A DNA stretch of 52,406 nucleotides. Source: Clostridia bacterium (GTDB lineage: Bacteria > Bacillota > Clostridia > Oscillospirales > CAG-272). The stretch covers positions 1 to 52,406 of the forward strand of contig JAFUMU010000045.1 of assembly GCA_017482495.1 (NCBI GenBank), in the 5' to 3' direction. Below the pieces are notes generated by a model that was not told the origin of the DNA, did not search any database, and saw only the letters and a program-made list of their open reading frames with translations. Made by a program: the position numbers and the translations under genes. Below are positions 28,601 to 36,787 of the stretch, in pieces. Position 1 is the first letter of the stretch. Every line of letters begins with the position of its first letter.

Positions 28601-30046
28601 TTCTACGGCGACAAGGTTCCCGATATCGATCTGAATTTCTCGGGAGACGTTCAATCTGACGCGCATAAATATACGGAAGTGCTCTTTGGTAAGGGACACG
28701 CCTTCCGAGCAGGCACCATAGGTACTCTGGCTGAAAAGACAGCCTTCGGTATCGTTGCAAAATATCTTGAGGGCAAGGGAATTTCCGTTTGCAGAGCTGA
28801 AATGGAGCGATTTATCGCAGGATGCGTTGGCGTTAAGCGCACCACAGGACAGCATCCCGGCGGTATCATAGTAGTTCCTCAGGAATATGAGGTATACGAT
28901 TTCTGCCCCGTTCAGCATCCTGCCGACGACCCCAATTCAGAAACAGTTACAACTCACTTTGAGTTTAAATACCTTCACGACACTATCCTTAAGCTTGACA
29001 TTCTGGGACACGATATTCCCACCAAGTACAAGCGCCTTGAGGAGTATACAAACACCAATGTTCTTGATTGCAACCTCAGTGACCCCAAACTCTATCAGCT
29101 CTTTACATCACCCGAGCCCCTTGGTGTTACTAAGGAAGATCTGCTGGGCGTTGACACGGGTACTCTCGGTCTTCCCGAAATGAACACGAAATTCGTTCGA
29201 GGAGTTCTTATTCAGGCTCAGCCTAAGACATTCTCCGACCTTTTGCAGATCTCGGGACTTACTCACGGCACGGGCGTTTGGCTTGGTAATGCGGACGAGC
29301 TTATTCAGAAGGGCATATGTACTATTTCCGACGTTATCGGATGCCGAGACGATATTATGCTTTACCTTATTCAGAAGCACAATATGGACAAGGCTATGTC
29401 CTTTAAAATAATGGAGGACGTTCGTAAGGGTAAGGGATTAAAACCTGAATATGAGGAAGCAATGATAGCGGCAGGTGTTCCCGATTGGTATATCGAATCC
29501 TGTAAGCGTATCAAGTATATGTTCCCTAAAGCCCATGCGGCGGCATACGTTATCGACGCGCTCCGCCTGGGATGGTATAAGATATACTATCCCAAGGAAT
29601 TCTATGCGGCTTACTTTACGGCAGCCCCCGGCGGCGTTGAGGCAGACGTTGTCGTAGGCGGCAGGCCCGCAGTTAAAGCTAAAATGGAGGAGATAGCGGC
29701 CCTTGGACGCGATGCTACAGCGAAAGATAAGGAAACTGATTCTGCGCTACAGCTTGTTAACGAATGCCTTGTAAGAGGTATACGCTTCCTTCCCGTTGAC
29801 CTGAGAAAATCTCACGCCAAAAAATTTCTTCCGGAAGAAGGCGGTATCCGCCTGCCCTTTAACTCCATTGCAGGACTTGGCGACACAGCGGCAGAAAATA
29901 TTATGCACGCAAGAGACACGGAGGATATATTCTCCATCGAAGACCTGAAAAATGCCGCTAAGCTTTCAAAATCCGTTATCGAATACCTTGAAAAGAACGG
30001 TGTTCTTAAGGGTATGTCTCAAACAAATCAGCTTACGTTCTTCTAA
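25643..30046 (+). CDS. polC: DNA polymerase III alpha subunit, PolC type
   Basis: 1467 aa. PHP domain (VELHMHTNLS), inserted DEDDh exonuclease (FVVFDLETTGL...HRASDD), zinc module CPKCG, pol III core. Confidence 0.97.
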   Translation: MAQTRTLKSIFSKFVPSDAFCEKIFANAENAVLSGDREKKMYQVAFSVPFLIPKEKLYTLEESIAELYDLNYVKLLPSYPPELFTPSYMSSVYTETARIGAVAQGFFKDCKTDIQDGVITISINFSEGGVSLMELGKTGDIIAGIIRSEFGLDYEIEIKPSDDYQKYHDEYLERQAAFIQQYREDAVRRKAEYEANAAAKAAQAEAEEVHYERVASLFEGSGEAETIAENIIKVGKLTFNIDGGDILYGEGDFDASDPTPLRNIDHPMKSCVALGIIFNATAQEIRGSDKMGVTIGITDKDSSVFLKLQLPAETAEGFVKSMKSGTPVAAIGPVRQDKMGEFNIQLRTLKKIKRIIRQDNAPVKRVELHMHTNLSANDAIAQPKEVVAMAGAFGHKAIAITDHGNVQGFPTAMLASNGKEDFKVIYGIEAYFVDDTARALYGNCNIGFDDEFIVFDLETTGLNPHHCKITEIGAVKVKSGEVLEVFNTFVDPECPIPENIVELTGITDEMVKGAPKIKEALESFFEFTGNRLLIAHNAGFDTGFIKAAADLCEMPFENPYLDTVSMSRYVNPELKKHKLDILAKYFDLGEFNHHRASDDSEMLAQIFFRMLDKLRDEGITDFEQMTRAMSEKADPLKLRPYHQIIIAKDLVGLKNLYKLISDSYLTYYKKVPRIPKTRLMELREGLIIGSACEAGELFTAILENKPQAEIDEIASFYDYLEIQPIANNTFMIDKGLVPDVEALRELNRKIVALGDKLGKPVCATCDAHYLDPEDDIYRRILLSKFADGDRPHQLYLRTTEEMLEEFAYLGEEKAYEVVVTNTNLIADMVEKIKPIPDGKYDPHIDGCEEELTENCYKLAREMFGDPLPPQVESRLERELNAIIKNGFAVMYVIARRLVENSEEKGYQVGSRGSVGSSFAAMMGGITKVNSLPPHYRCTNPQCKYSEWHESGDVKSGFDLPPKDCPKCGKPDMVRDGHDIPFETFLGFYGDKVPDIDLNFSGDVQSDAHKYTEVLFGKGHAFRAGTIGTLAEKTAFGIVAKYLEGKGISVCRAEMERFIAGCVGVKRTTGQHPGGIIVVPQEYEVYDFCPVQHPADDPNSETVTTHFEFKYLHDTILKLDILGHDIPTKYKRLEEYTNTNVLDCNLSDPKLYQLFTSPEPLGVTKEDLLGVDTGTLGLPEMNTKFVRGVLIQAQPKTFSDLLQISGLTHGTGVWLGNADELIQKGICTISDVIGCRDDIMLYLIQKHNMDKAMSFKIMEDVRKGKGLKPEYEEAMIAAGVPDWYIESCKRIKYMFPKAHAAAYVIDALRLGWYKIYYPKEFYAAYFTAAPGGVEADVVVGGRPAVKAKMEEIAALGRDATAKDKETDSALQLVNECLVRGIRFLPVDLRKSHAKKFLPEEGGIRLPFNSIAGLGDTAAENIMHARDTEDIFSIEDLKNAAKLSKSVIEYLEKNGVLKGMSQTNQLTFF

Positions 30047-30057
30047 GAGGTAATTAT

Positions 30058-31596
30058 ATGGCAAAAATAATTTCTGTAATTATAGTTATCCTTCTCCTTG
30101 CGGGTGTTACAGCCCTCTTCGTATGGGATATGGTTGCAAACAACAATATGCCTGAGGCTCATCAGGTTGTTAAATACATAGTTGCGCTTTGCGCAGGTAC
30201 GCTGACCATTATCCGCTTATGCAAAAATCAGCGCTCTGTTCGCCGTCCTCTCAGTTTTTATGAAAAGCACTACGAAAAGGAGCTTCAACACGCTTTTGTA
30301 AATAATGAAAAGGCGAGAAAAAAGCTCATAGAATGCTATCGGCTATACAACGAGGACAGGCAAAAGGATGCACTCCGTCTCGCTGACTCTTTGAAAAAGG
30401 GCGACGTAAGACTGAGGGATACAGAGGCAATTGAGCTTTTACGTGCTCTCTGCTACGAGGATCTGAAAATGAAAAAGGAAGCAGTTGAGACATACCGCAA
30501 TATCCTTCGTATCTCTCCCCGAAACGTGACCGCCCTTTCCAATTTGGGTCTTATATATTCAGGCATGGGAGAGCACGAGACCGCCATTCATTTTTTTGAG
30601 GCAGCCATCGGATGCGATGATACTTATGCTCCCGCTTATACTAATCTCGCCACGCTTTACTTCAAAATGGGAGATTACAATAAAACCATTGAGCTCAGTC
30701 ACAGATCTCTTGAGCTTGCTCCAACCGTCCACCAGACAGCATCTCTGCTGGCGATCTGCTACGGGGCCAAGGCCGATATCAATATGAGCGATAAGTATTA
30801 CCGGATCGCCATATCCAACGGCGCTGACGCAAAGGAGCTCAAAAAAGCGATCGAAAGCATGGGGGACTTGGCAGCTGTCAACGTGATCCTTGACAAGTGG
30901 TCGGCATTGACAGAAAAGGAAAGCGTTTATATAAAGCTTGGCGCAAAAAGCGGAAAAAGCGTTGTGGGAGGAAGGCTGAATGAACGTGCCCCTCTTGATG
31001 AAAACGGTCGACCCATGCGCCTTCTTGCAGCAATATTCCTCTCCGAAATGCCTCACCTTGAGGGTTTCCCACGGGAGGGAGTTCTGAGATTCTACATTGC
31101 TGAGAATGATTCCTACGGCGCTGATCTTAAGGATCCCACGTCACAAAGGAATTTCCGCGTGCTATACGATGAGGATGAAAGCCGTTTTGAAAGCGGAGCA
31201 TATAATAAAGAGAGCAATCAGTTCCCCGTTACGGGAAGCTATCGCATTTCATTTAAACGCGAAAAGGAATCTATGCCTCTTGAAACAATGGGTGCGTATG
31301 AGCTTCTGGAGCGACGCCTGGGCGTTATCGGAGACGAGATTGAGGATGCCGTTGGAGACAGACTGGTCGTTGAACAGTCCAAGCTGGGCGGCTATCCGTT
31401 TTTTGCTCAGTATGATATGAGAGAGGAAAATTACGAGCAGTATGATACCCTTCTCTTCCAGCTTATAAGCACTGATATAAACGGTAAGCCCGCGGTTATG
31501 TTCGGTGATTGCGGCGTGTGCAATTTCTTTATATCAAAATCAGATCTTCTCCGCCGTAATTTTAATAATGTGCTCTATACTTGGGACTGCTTTTAA
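30058..31596 (+). CDS. Membrane-anchored TPR-repeat protein fused to a YwqG-like DUF1963 domain
   Basis: 512 aa with two N-terminal hydrophobic helices. TPR-like repeats at about residues 110-260 (ALSNLGLIYSGMGEHETAIHFFEAAI...). The C-terminal roughly 230 aa align closely with B. subtilis YwqG as recalled (NFRVLYDED, KLGGYPFFAQYDMRE, LLFQLISTD...FGDCGVCNFFISKSDLLRRNFNNVLYTWDC). Starts 11 nt after the polC stop. Confidence 0.75.
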   Translation: MAKIISVIIVILLLAGVTALFVWDMVANNNMPEAHQVVKYIVALCAGTLTIIRLCKNQRSVRRPLSFYEKHYEKELQHAFVNNEKARKKLIECYRLYNEDRQKDALRLADSLKKGDVRLRDTEAIELLRALCYEDLKMKKEAVETYRNILRISPRNVTALSNLGLIYSGMGEHETAIHFFEAAIGCDDTYAPAYTNLATLYFKMGDYNKTIELSHRSLELAPTVHQTASLLAICYGAKADINMSDKYYRIAISNGADAKELKKAIESMGDLAAVNVILDKWSALTEKESVYIKLGAKSGKSVVGGRLNERAPLDENGRPMRLLAAIFLSEMPHLEGFPREGVLRFYIAENDSYGADLKDPTSQRNFRVLYDEDESRFESGAYNKESNQFPVTGSYRISFKREKESMPLETMGAYELLERRLGVIGDEIEDAVGDRLVVEQSKLGGYPFFAQYDMREENYEQYDTLLFQLISTDINGKPAVMFGDCGVCNFFISKSDLLRRNFNNVLYTWDCF

Positions 31597-31614
31597 AATG
31601 ATCGTATAATAACG

Positions 31615-31645
31615 AACTCCCCGGAGATTTTCCGGGGAGTTTTTT
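31615..31645 (+). terminator. Intrinsic terminator after the TPR-DUF1963 gene
   Basis: AACTCCCCGGA-GATTT-TCCGGGGAGTT followed by TTTT. Confidence 0.85.
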
Positions 31646-31692
31646 GATGCTGAAAAGAATTATTATGGATTATATTTGCAATTCACATCTGT

Positions 31693-33396
31693 TTATGGAT
31701 TGTAATATACATTATACTCAGGATAATACGCAAAGTACTCCCCGTTTCTTTTTTCCTTTTCTATAAAACCTTTATGGTTATAAATATACTCTATATTGGT
31801 CTCTACACCGTCTTTATTGATAATCTTCTTTGAACTGATCAAACCATTATCATCATATGTATAACTTATGGTTTCCGATTTGCCATCAATGGTACAAATC
31901 TCTTTCAGCAAAACGCTTCCTGTGCTGTCATACTCATATTTATATTCGTACTTTTGAACAGTTCCGTCACTAACAAATGTCTTAACAGCGCTGCTTAAAA
32001 TTTCGCCTTCATATGTGTATGTAATAGTATACTGATGCTCACGTCCGTCGTATATATATTTCTCGCTGATGAGCTTATTTGTATCATCATATTGATATTC
32101 TGTAGTATGGGTCGCACCCATGCTTAGAATATCTTTCGTAAGGACATTACCCTTATCATCGTAAGTATACCTATCCTGTTTATTTTTCTTTACAACGCAA
32201 GTTGGCAGTAATGTAAATTTCTTTACATACTCAATACTGTCCTTATATCCTATCAAACTATAGAATTTACTGTATGCATCTGCATAACTTCCGTTTTCTA
32301 TATCTAAAACAGCACTTTTATACAATGCTTCCTGATCTTCAGCTTCGTCTGACTTATTATCGGCGTTTCTGTAAAAAGCCTTAAACTCTGAATACTGAAC
32401 AGTATATTCGCCGGCTTTACTTTCTTCTATCAGCAAACCATTATTGTCATAAGTATAAGTATAAATGTCGGTATTTGTTGAAATATACTTGTCAGAGCTT
32501 GAAAAGTATACACGTCTTTCTATTACTTTTCTTATCAGATTTCCATTTTCATCATACTCATAATCAGTTATTATTTCTGTGCCCTCATCATTAGAAGCTG
32601 TTTCTTTCGATTTAATGAGTTTTCCTGAATCATATGTGTGTTCAACTACCTTTGAATAATCCGGACTACCGGTTTTTGTTGTAGTTTCTTTTATAATTTT
32701 ACCTTCGGCATTATATTCAAATACTGTATTGGTTACATCATCATAGTCTTCGTCTAATACCTCATACATTAAAACAAGCACATCGTCACGGTAATCATAT
32801 CCGACAACTCTTTCACATTCACCGTCTGATAAGATATATGAAACAGTTTTTCTCATTATAGAATCGTATACCTGAGATCCGCCACTGTATTTAGCAAATT
32901 CTGAATAACCGTATTCACCACATTCGACATACATGGAAAGTATACCGTTGGTATATGCATAAAAATGGTACTCTGTATCTCCACTATCAGGTTCAACAAC
33001 TGTCTCTTTTAAAATGTTGCCGCTTTCATTGTAAATAATAGTTGATTCTTCAGTATATTCTGAGTTATATACAGTTTTTTTCTTGGACGGCTTACAGATA
33101 AACAGATCAAAATAATTTTTACTGTCCTTGTAATCCTTCAACTCTCCAAATATTTTATATGCCTCAAAATACTCAGTGACATTTTTTTCGTTAATAATAC
33201 TCAGAGCCTTTGCATATTTATTTTCAAGCTCATCGCCCGATCCTTCTGATGAACCGTTATTGGTTTCTTCCCCGGACACCTCATCTGAAAATGTCTCGGA
33301 ATCCCCCTCATTGCCATCACAAGATATCATTGTGAAAACCATTGATATGCATAGAACGAGCAGCAATATGCTTTTTACAGCTTCATGTATTTTCAT
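31693..33396 (-). CDS. Lipoprotein with two YKDS-type helical motifs and YD-repeat-like beta repeats
   Basis: 567 aa. Lipobox MVFTMISC. Acidic linker. Internal duplication: each half starts with an A..Y..A...F..L..YKDS..Y motif followed by repeated Y.YD.NGN(L/V) units (YEYDENGNLI, YTYDNNGLLI, YTYDDKGNVL, YTYDDNGLIS). Confidence 0.7.
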   Translation of the reverse strand: MKIHEAVKSILLLVLCISMVFTMISCDGNEGDSETFSDEVSGEETNNGSSEGSGDELENKYAKALSIINEKNVTEYFEAYKIFGELKDYKDSKNYFDLFICKPSKKKTVYNSEYTEESTIIYNESGNILKETVVEPDSGDTEYHFYAYTNGILSMYVECGEYGYSEFAKYSGGSQVYDSIMRKTVSYILSDGECERVVGYDYRDDVLVLMYEVLDEDYDDVTNTVFEYNAEGKIIKETTTKTGSPDYSKVVEHTYDSGKLIKSKETASNDEGTEIITDYEYDENGNLIRKVIERRVYFSSSDKYISTNTDIYTYTYDNNGLLIEESKAGEYTVQYSEFKAFYRNADNKSDEAEDQEALYKSAVLDIENGSYADAYSKFYSLIGYKDSIEYVKKFTLLPTCVVKKNKQDRYTYDDKGNVLTKDILSMGATHTTEYQYDDTNKLISEKYIYDGREHQYTITYTYEGEILSSAVKTFVSDGTVQKYEYKYEYDSTGSVLLKEICTIDGKSETISYTYDDNGLISSKKIINKDGVETNIEYIYNHKGFIEKEKRNGEYFAYYPEYNVYYNP

Positions 33397-33406
33397 ATAA
33401 TGCCTC

Positions 33407-34468
33407 TCATTTCTTTGATATCACTTCAATAGGTACTATAAAATTATCTGCTATCTTTATCTGTTCTTCATTTGACAGCTCAAATGTCTTGCAATACTCA
33501 CCCACATAATACTGAGCTATCTCTACGTGGTCACGCTCAGCGTTTATTTCAACCAAAGAAGTAACCTTTGCTATATCTTCTCCGTTCATTCCGCTCTCGT
33601 CAATATACTTATCCAGTTCTCCTGCCGTCACGTAGTCATCACGGTCAAAAATAAGCTTTACCAGATCAGTATCAGCTATGACCATTTGATAAACAAGGGG
33701 TGTAACCTGAAAATATGCGGTTGCAGTCAAATTCGGTGAATTTCCCATTTCATTACAATAATTTACATATTCCTCGCTGTGACTGATGATTGAGCAAGCA
33801 AAGGATTCCGCTACACCTTCACTGAAATAGAGCCACATCTCTACTCCGTTTTCAAAATCATCTGAATCAACTACTGCTGCCCCAAGATAATGCATGGATT
33901 CATGACAGTACACCGTAAGAATATCCCACTTTGATTCTTCCAAATTGCAATCCGAAGCTACATTAAGATAGATAGTTTTTCCGTCCGCACCGCTCTCCTC
34001 TGACTTATCCATAAATAAACCGCCTGTTTCATCCTCGGGAATGTCATACTGATAAGCTTTGAGCTCATTTAATCTCTCTTCAACGGAAATATCATAAACT
34101 TCCTCAAAATATGTGATTATCATTCTGTTACCTTCATCACATATCTCCTTCAGCTCCCCGTCAACAGGTGAAGCTGATTGTACTATTTGAGCAGATGTGT
34201 CATCTTCAAAATCTTTGTTGATATCTTTTATAAATTCTTCGATATCGCTGTTGTGGTCGTTCAGATCATACTTGTTTTCAATTTTCGCACTGAAGTAGTC
34301 GTATACCTGTTCTTCAGAGGTATACATAGGTCCGGTGTATCTGCCATTATTACCCATAGAATTGTAAATAACAACTACACTCACTGCAATAGCTATTACC
34401 GCTATAATTGAAATAATAACAATTAAGGCGACTTTTTTGTTTTTCTTCTTCTCCATAATGGTTTCCAT
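33407..34468 (-). CDS. Membrane-anchored protein with HExxH...E (gluzincin-like) motif, otherwise uncharacterised
   Basis: 353 aa. Single N-terminal TM helix (VALIVIISIIAVIAIAVSVVVI). CHESMHYLG followed about 25 aa later by FSEGVAESF. RBS GAAAGGA. Lies 10 nt upstream of the lipoprotein gene. Confidence 0.6.
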   Translation of the reverse strand: METIMEKKKNKKVALIVIISIIAVIAIAVSVVVIYNSMGNNGRYTGPMYTSEEQVYDYFSAKIENKYDLNDHNSDIEEFIKDINKDFEDDTSAQIVQSASPVDGELKEICDEGNRMIITYFEEVYDISVEERLNELKAYQYDIPEDETGGLFMDKSEESGADGKTIYLNVASDCNLEESKWDILTVYCHESMHYLGAAVVDSDDFENGVEMWLYFSEGVAESFACSIISHSEEYVNYCNEMGNSPNLTATAYFQVTPLVYQMVIADTDLVKLIFDRDDYVTAGELDKYIDESGMNGEDIAKVTSLVEINAERDHVEIAQYYVGEYCKTFELSNEEQIKIADNFIVPIEVISKK

Positions 34469-34590
34469 ATTAGATCCTTTCTTAATTTATGAGAACTGCT
34501 GCGTTTATTATATCACGTTTTGAGATATAATACAATATCGCATTTTGAGATTTTTATAATAAAAATGGAGAATGCATACGGGAGTAGAAT

Positions 34591-34806
34591 ATGAGATTAA
34601 AGGATTTAAGAGAAGACTGTGATATCAAACAGATACAACTTGCAAAATACCTTAACATTAAACAAAACACATACTCCCAATACGAAAACGGTCAGCGTCA
34701 GATACCTCTGGACCTCCTCGTAAAGATCGCAAAATATTACAACACATCCACCGATTATCTCTTGGGACTCACTGACGAAAAAAAGCCATATCCGCCAAGA
34801 AAATGA
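34591..34806 (+). CDS. XRE-family HTH transcriptional regulator (71 aa)
   Basis: IKQIQLAKYLNIKQNTYSQYENGQRQIPLDLLVKIAKYYNTSTDYLLG. Divergent from the HExxH gene. Confidence 0.85.
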   Translation: MRLKDLREDCDIKQIQLAKYLNIKQNTYSQYENGQRQIPLDLLVKIAKYYNTSTDYLLGLTDEKKPYPPRK

Positions 34807-34826
34807 AATAGCAAATCGAAATCAAC

Positions 34827-34872
34827 AAAGCTCGCAGTCATATAGACCTCTATGTGCCTGCGAGCTTTTTTT
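34827..34872 (+). terminator. Intrinsic terminator after the XRE gene
   Basis: AAAGCTCGCAG...CTGCGAGCTTT stem with an internally paired loop, followed by TTTTT. Confidence 0.7.
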
Positions 34873-34951
34873 GAACTATCACGTATTGACATAATCACCG
34901 CTGACCGTGAATACAATTGAATACTGACCTGAGAGAGGAGAAAACAGAAAA

Positions 34952-35245
34952 ATGTCAGCGTGTACAACAGACGGATTATCCAGAAAGATCGTAATACGGC
35001 TATGTGACGGGAAGAAACTTGGTCACATATGTAACTATGAAATAGATTCCTGCGAGGGAAAAATAAATGCTATTTTTGTTCCATCGGAGGAATCCCGAAG
35101 GCTGTTCTCACGAACACCTGAATTCCGCATCCCATGGTGCAAGATCGACAAGATAGGTGAAGATACCATATTTGTTGACGTACCGCCGGGGATAGGAGAA
35201 TGCTCCTGCGCCCACCCGCAAAAAAAGCATAAATGGTTTTTCTGA
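34952..35245 (+). CDS. ylmC: YlmC/YmxH-family PRC-barrel sporulation protein
   Basis: 97 aa. VIRLCDGKKLGHICNYEIDSCEGKINAIFVP...IPWCKIDKIGEDTIFVDV. RBS GAGAGGAG. Confidence 0.8.
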   Translation: MSACTTDGLSRKIVIRLCDGKKLGHICNYEIDSCEGKINAIFVPSEESRRLFSRTPEFRIPWCKIDKIGEDTIFVDVPPGIGECSCAHPQKKHKWFF

Positions 35246-35249
35246 TAAT

Positions 35250-35275
35250 AAAAAGAGCACTTTCGTGCTCTTTTT
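35250..35275. terminator. Bidirectional terminator shared by ylmC and the convergent membrane-protein operon
   Basis: AAAAA-GAGCAC-TTTC-GTGCTC-TTTTT. Confidence 0.75.
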
Positions 35276-35933
35276 ACATTTTATGATGACATTTAGGGCA
35301 AAACTTCTTATCTGCGGGAACCGAACCTCCACATTCCGGACAAAATCTTATTCCGTTAGCTTCCGCTTCCTTAATATATTTTTTAGATTTCATTTTAAGA
35401 GCGATGCTGCTTTCTCCGAAAAAGAAGATTCGTGTTACTATGTATAATATCAGTATTATTAAGAAACCTATTACACCGCCGCCCTGTGTATCAAGAACAT
35501 CTTTGAGAAGTACATCTATGATCACATATCTCAATATAACTGCTCCCACCACAACACATATAAGCTCGACAATATAAGCAACTATTCTACCAAGGATATG
35601 AATTACAGAACGCTTGTCACCGTTACTCTTTGTCAAAGAGCAAAAACTTATGGTCATCAACGCCATCGTAACAAAAATATTCCAAAAGAACATTGCCACA
35701 CTGGACATTATCATTGTAAGCGATGCATCCATGATTACGTAAACTACACTGAATAAAAGCTCTACAGCGATGAATATTAACAACATCTTACCAAGAAATT
35801 TAAGCGCTTCTTTATTGGAATAAGACTCTTTTTTCTTTATAGCCTTATAAACAACAGGAATAATTGCAAATATTACCGGCAGAAGGTTTATTATTAACGC
35901 AAGAGTCCATATAAGTATAATAGTAACTGTCAT
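35274..35933 (-). CDS. Polytopic membrane protein with C-terminal zinc-ribbon
   Basis: About 6 hydrophobic helices, then a C-terminal FCPECGGSVPADKKFCPKCHHKM. Start set at 35933 (AAGGAGG plus 7 nt). The ORF-track start at 35990 overlaps the upstream gene. Confidence 0.6.
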   Translation of the reverse strand: MTVTIILIWTLALIINLLPVIFAIIPVVYKAIKKKESYSNKEALKFLGKMLLIFIAVELLFSVVYVIMDASLTMIMSSVAMFFWNIFVTMALMTISFCSLTKSNGDKRSVIHILGRIVAYIVELICVVVGAVILRYVIIDVLLKDVLDTQGGGVIGFLIILILYIVTRIFFFGESSIALKMKSKKYIKEAEANGIRFCPECGGSVPADKKFCPKCHHKM

Positions 35934-35943
35934 AATAACCTCC

Positions 35944-36273
35944 TTACTTCTTATTCTTTCTCTCTTTTCTGATGTATCTGTATTTAGCATCGCTATAGTA
36001 GGGCCACTTCACTTTAAGAACTATTGGAACTGCCAGTATAGGAAGATAACCGATCACAAGCGAAACCATCCATATAAAATATACGGTCCAATATACATCA
36101 GCTCCCGACACTGATACTGCAAACATGAACATAGTAGTAAAAAAACAGTAAAGTATATAAGGTATAAGAAATATAAGTTGAATTATAAATGCTGTTTTGC
36201 CCACCTTAAGTATCTTATCCTGCTGTTCAAGTGTAAGTTGGCTCACCTGTTCTTCAATAGATTGCTTTTTCAT
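35944..36273 (-). CDS. Small membrane protein (109 aa, about 3 TM helices, basic C-terminus)
   Basis: Hydrophobic segments FIIQLIFLIPYILYCFF, MFMFAVSV and VYFIWMVSLVIGYLPILAVPIVL. Its stop lies 10 nt before the next gene's ATG. Confidence 0.5.
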   Translation of the reverse strand: MKKQSIEEQVSQLTLEQQDKILKVGKTAFIIQLIFLIPYILYCFFTTMFMFAVSVSGADVYWTVYFIWMVSLVIGYLPILAVPIVLKVKWPYYSDAKYRYIRKERKNKK

Positions 36274-36430
36274 ATTATTATCCTTTCTCTAAAAAAACAA
36301 ACCACGTATGATTTCGTTCAAATTATAACATATTTTATTTGTCGTGTCAACAATTACAACAATATATATTTGACGTTATCATGATATATAACTACTATAA
36401 TTATTGTATAAAGATAAAAAGGGGGATAAC

Positions 36431-36742
36431 GTATTGTACGAGGATTTTGTTAGGGATAGGATCACCCAGCTAAGACTGCGAAAAGGCGTTTCCGAATATC
36501 AGATGAGCTATGATCTTGGTCACAGCAGAGGCTATGTTTACAATATTTCCTCCGGCAAAGCCTTGCCGCCGCTTAAGGAGTTTTTTTGTATTTGCGAATA
36601 TTTTGAGATCACCCCCGCAGAATTTTTTGATGAAAAAACGCAAAATCCCGAGCTTATAAGCAAGGCACTTGACGGTATGAAGCAGCTTAGCGAAAGCGAT
36701 ATGCTTATGCTTCTCGGTATAATCAACCGGCTTCTTAAATAA
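36431..36742 (+). CDS. XRE-family HTH transcriptional regulator
   Basis: ITQLRLRKGVSEYQMSYDLGHSRGYVYNISSGKALP. No in-frame ATG precedes the HTH. TTG at 36431 follows GGGGGA by 7 nt. The TTG at 36404 overlaps the predicted -10/TSS (TTGACG-17-TACTAT at 36370-36398). Confidence 0.7.
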   Translation, partial: VLYEDFVRDRITQLRLRKGVSEYQMSYDLGHSRGYVYNISSGKALPPLKEFFCICEYFEITPAEFFDEKTQNPELISKALDGMKQLSESDMLMLLGIINRLLK

Positions 36743-36746
36743 GAAT

Positions 36747-36770
36747 AAAAACGGGCTAAAAGCCCGTTTT
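36747..36770. terminator. Bidirectional terminator between the XRE gene and the GNAT gene
   Basis: AAAACGGGC-TAAAA-GCCCGTTTT. Confidence 0.75.
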
Positions 36771-36787
36771 CTGATTTTTACAATATA

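Noticed and set aside
28022-28918. 298-aa minus-strand ORF within polC
   Set aside because: It is an antisense shadow inside an uninterrupted, well-conserved polC reading frame.
31693-33396. Rhs/YD-repeat polymorphic toxin
   Set aside because: The protein is only 567 aa and has a lipobox. It lacks the Rhs core-terminating PxxxxDPxGL-type motif, a distinct C-terminal toxin domain and an adjacent immunity gene. It is treated as a repeat-containing lipoprotein.
33407-34806. ImmA/ImmR-type (metalloprotease plus XRE repressor) mobile-element switch
   Set aside because: The HExxH protein is membrane-anchored with a large non-cytoplasmic-looking body, unlike the small cytoplasmic ImmA/IrrE type. 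No integrase or phage/ICE genes are nearby.
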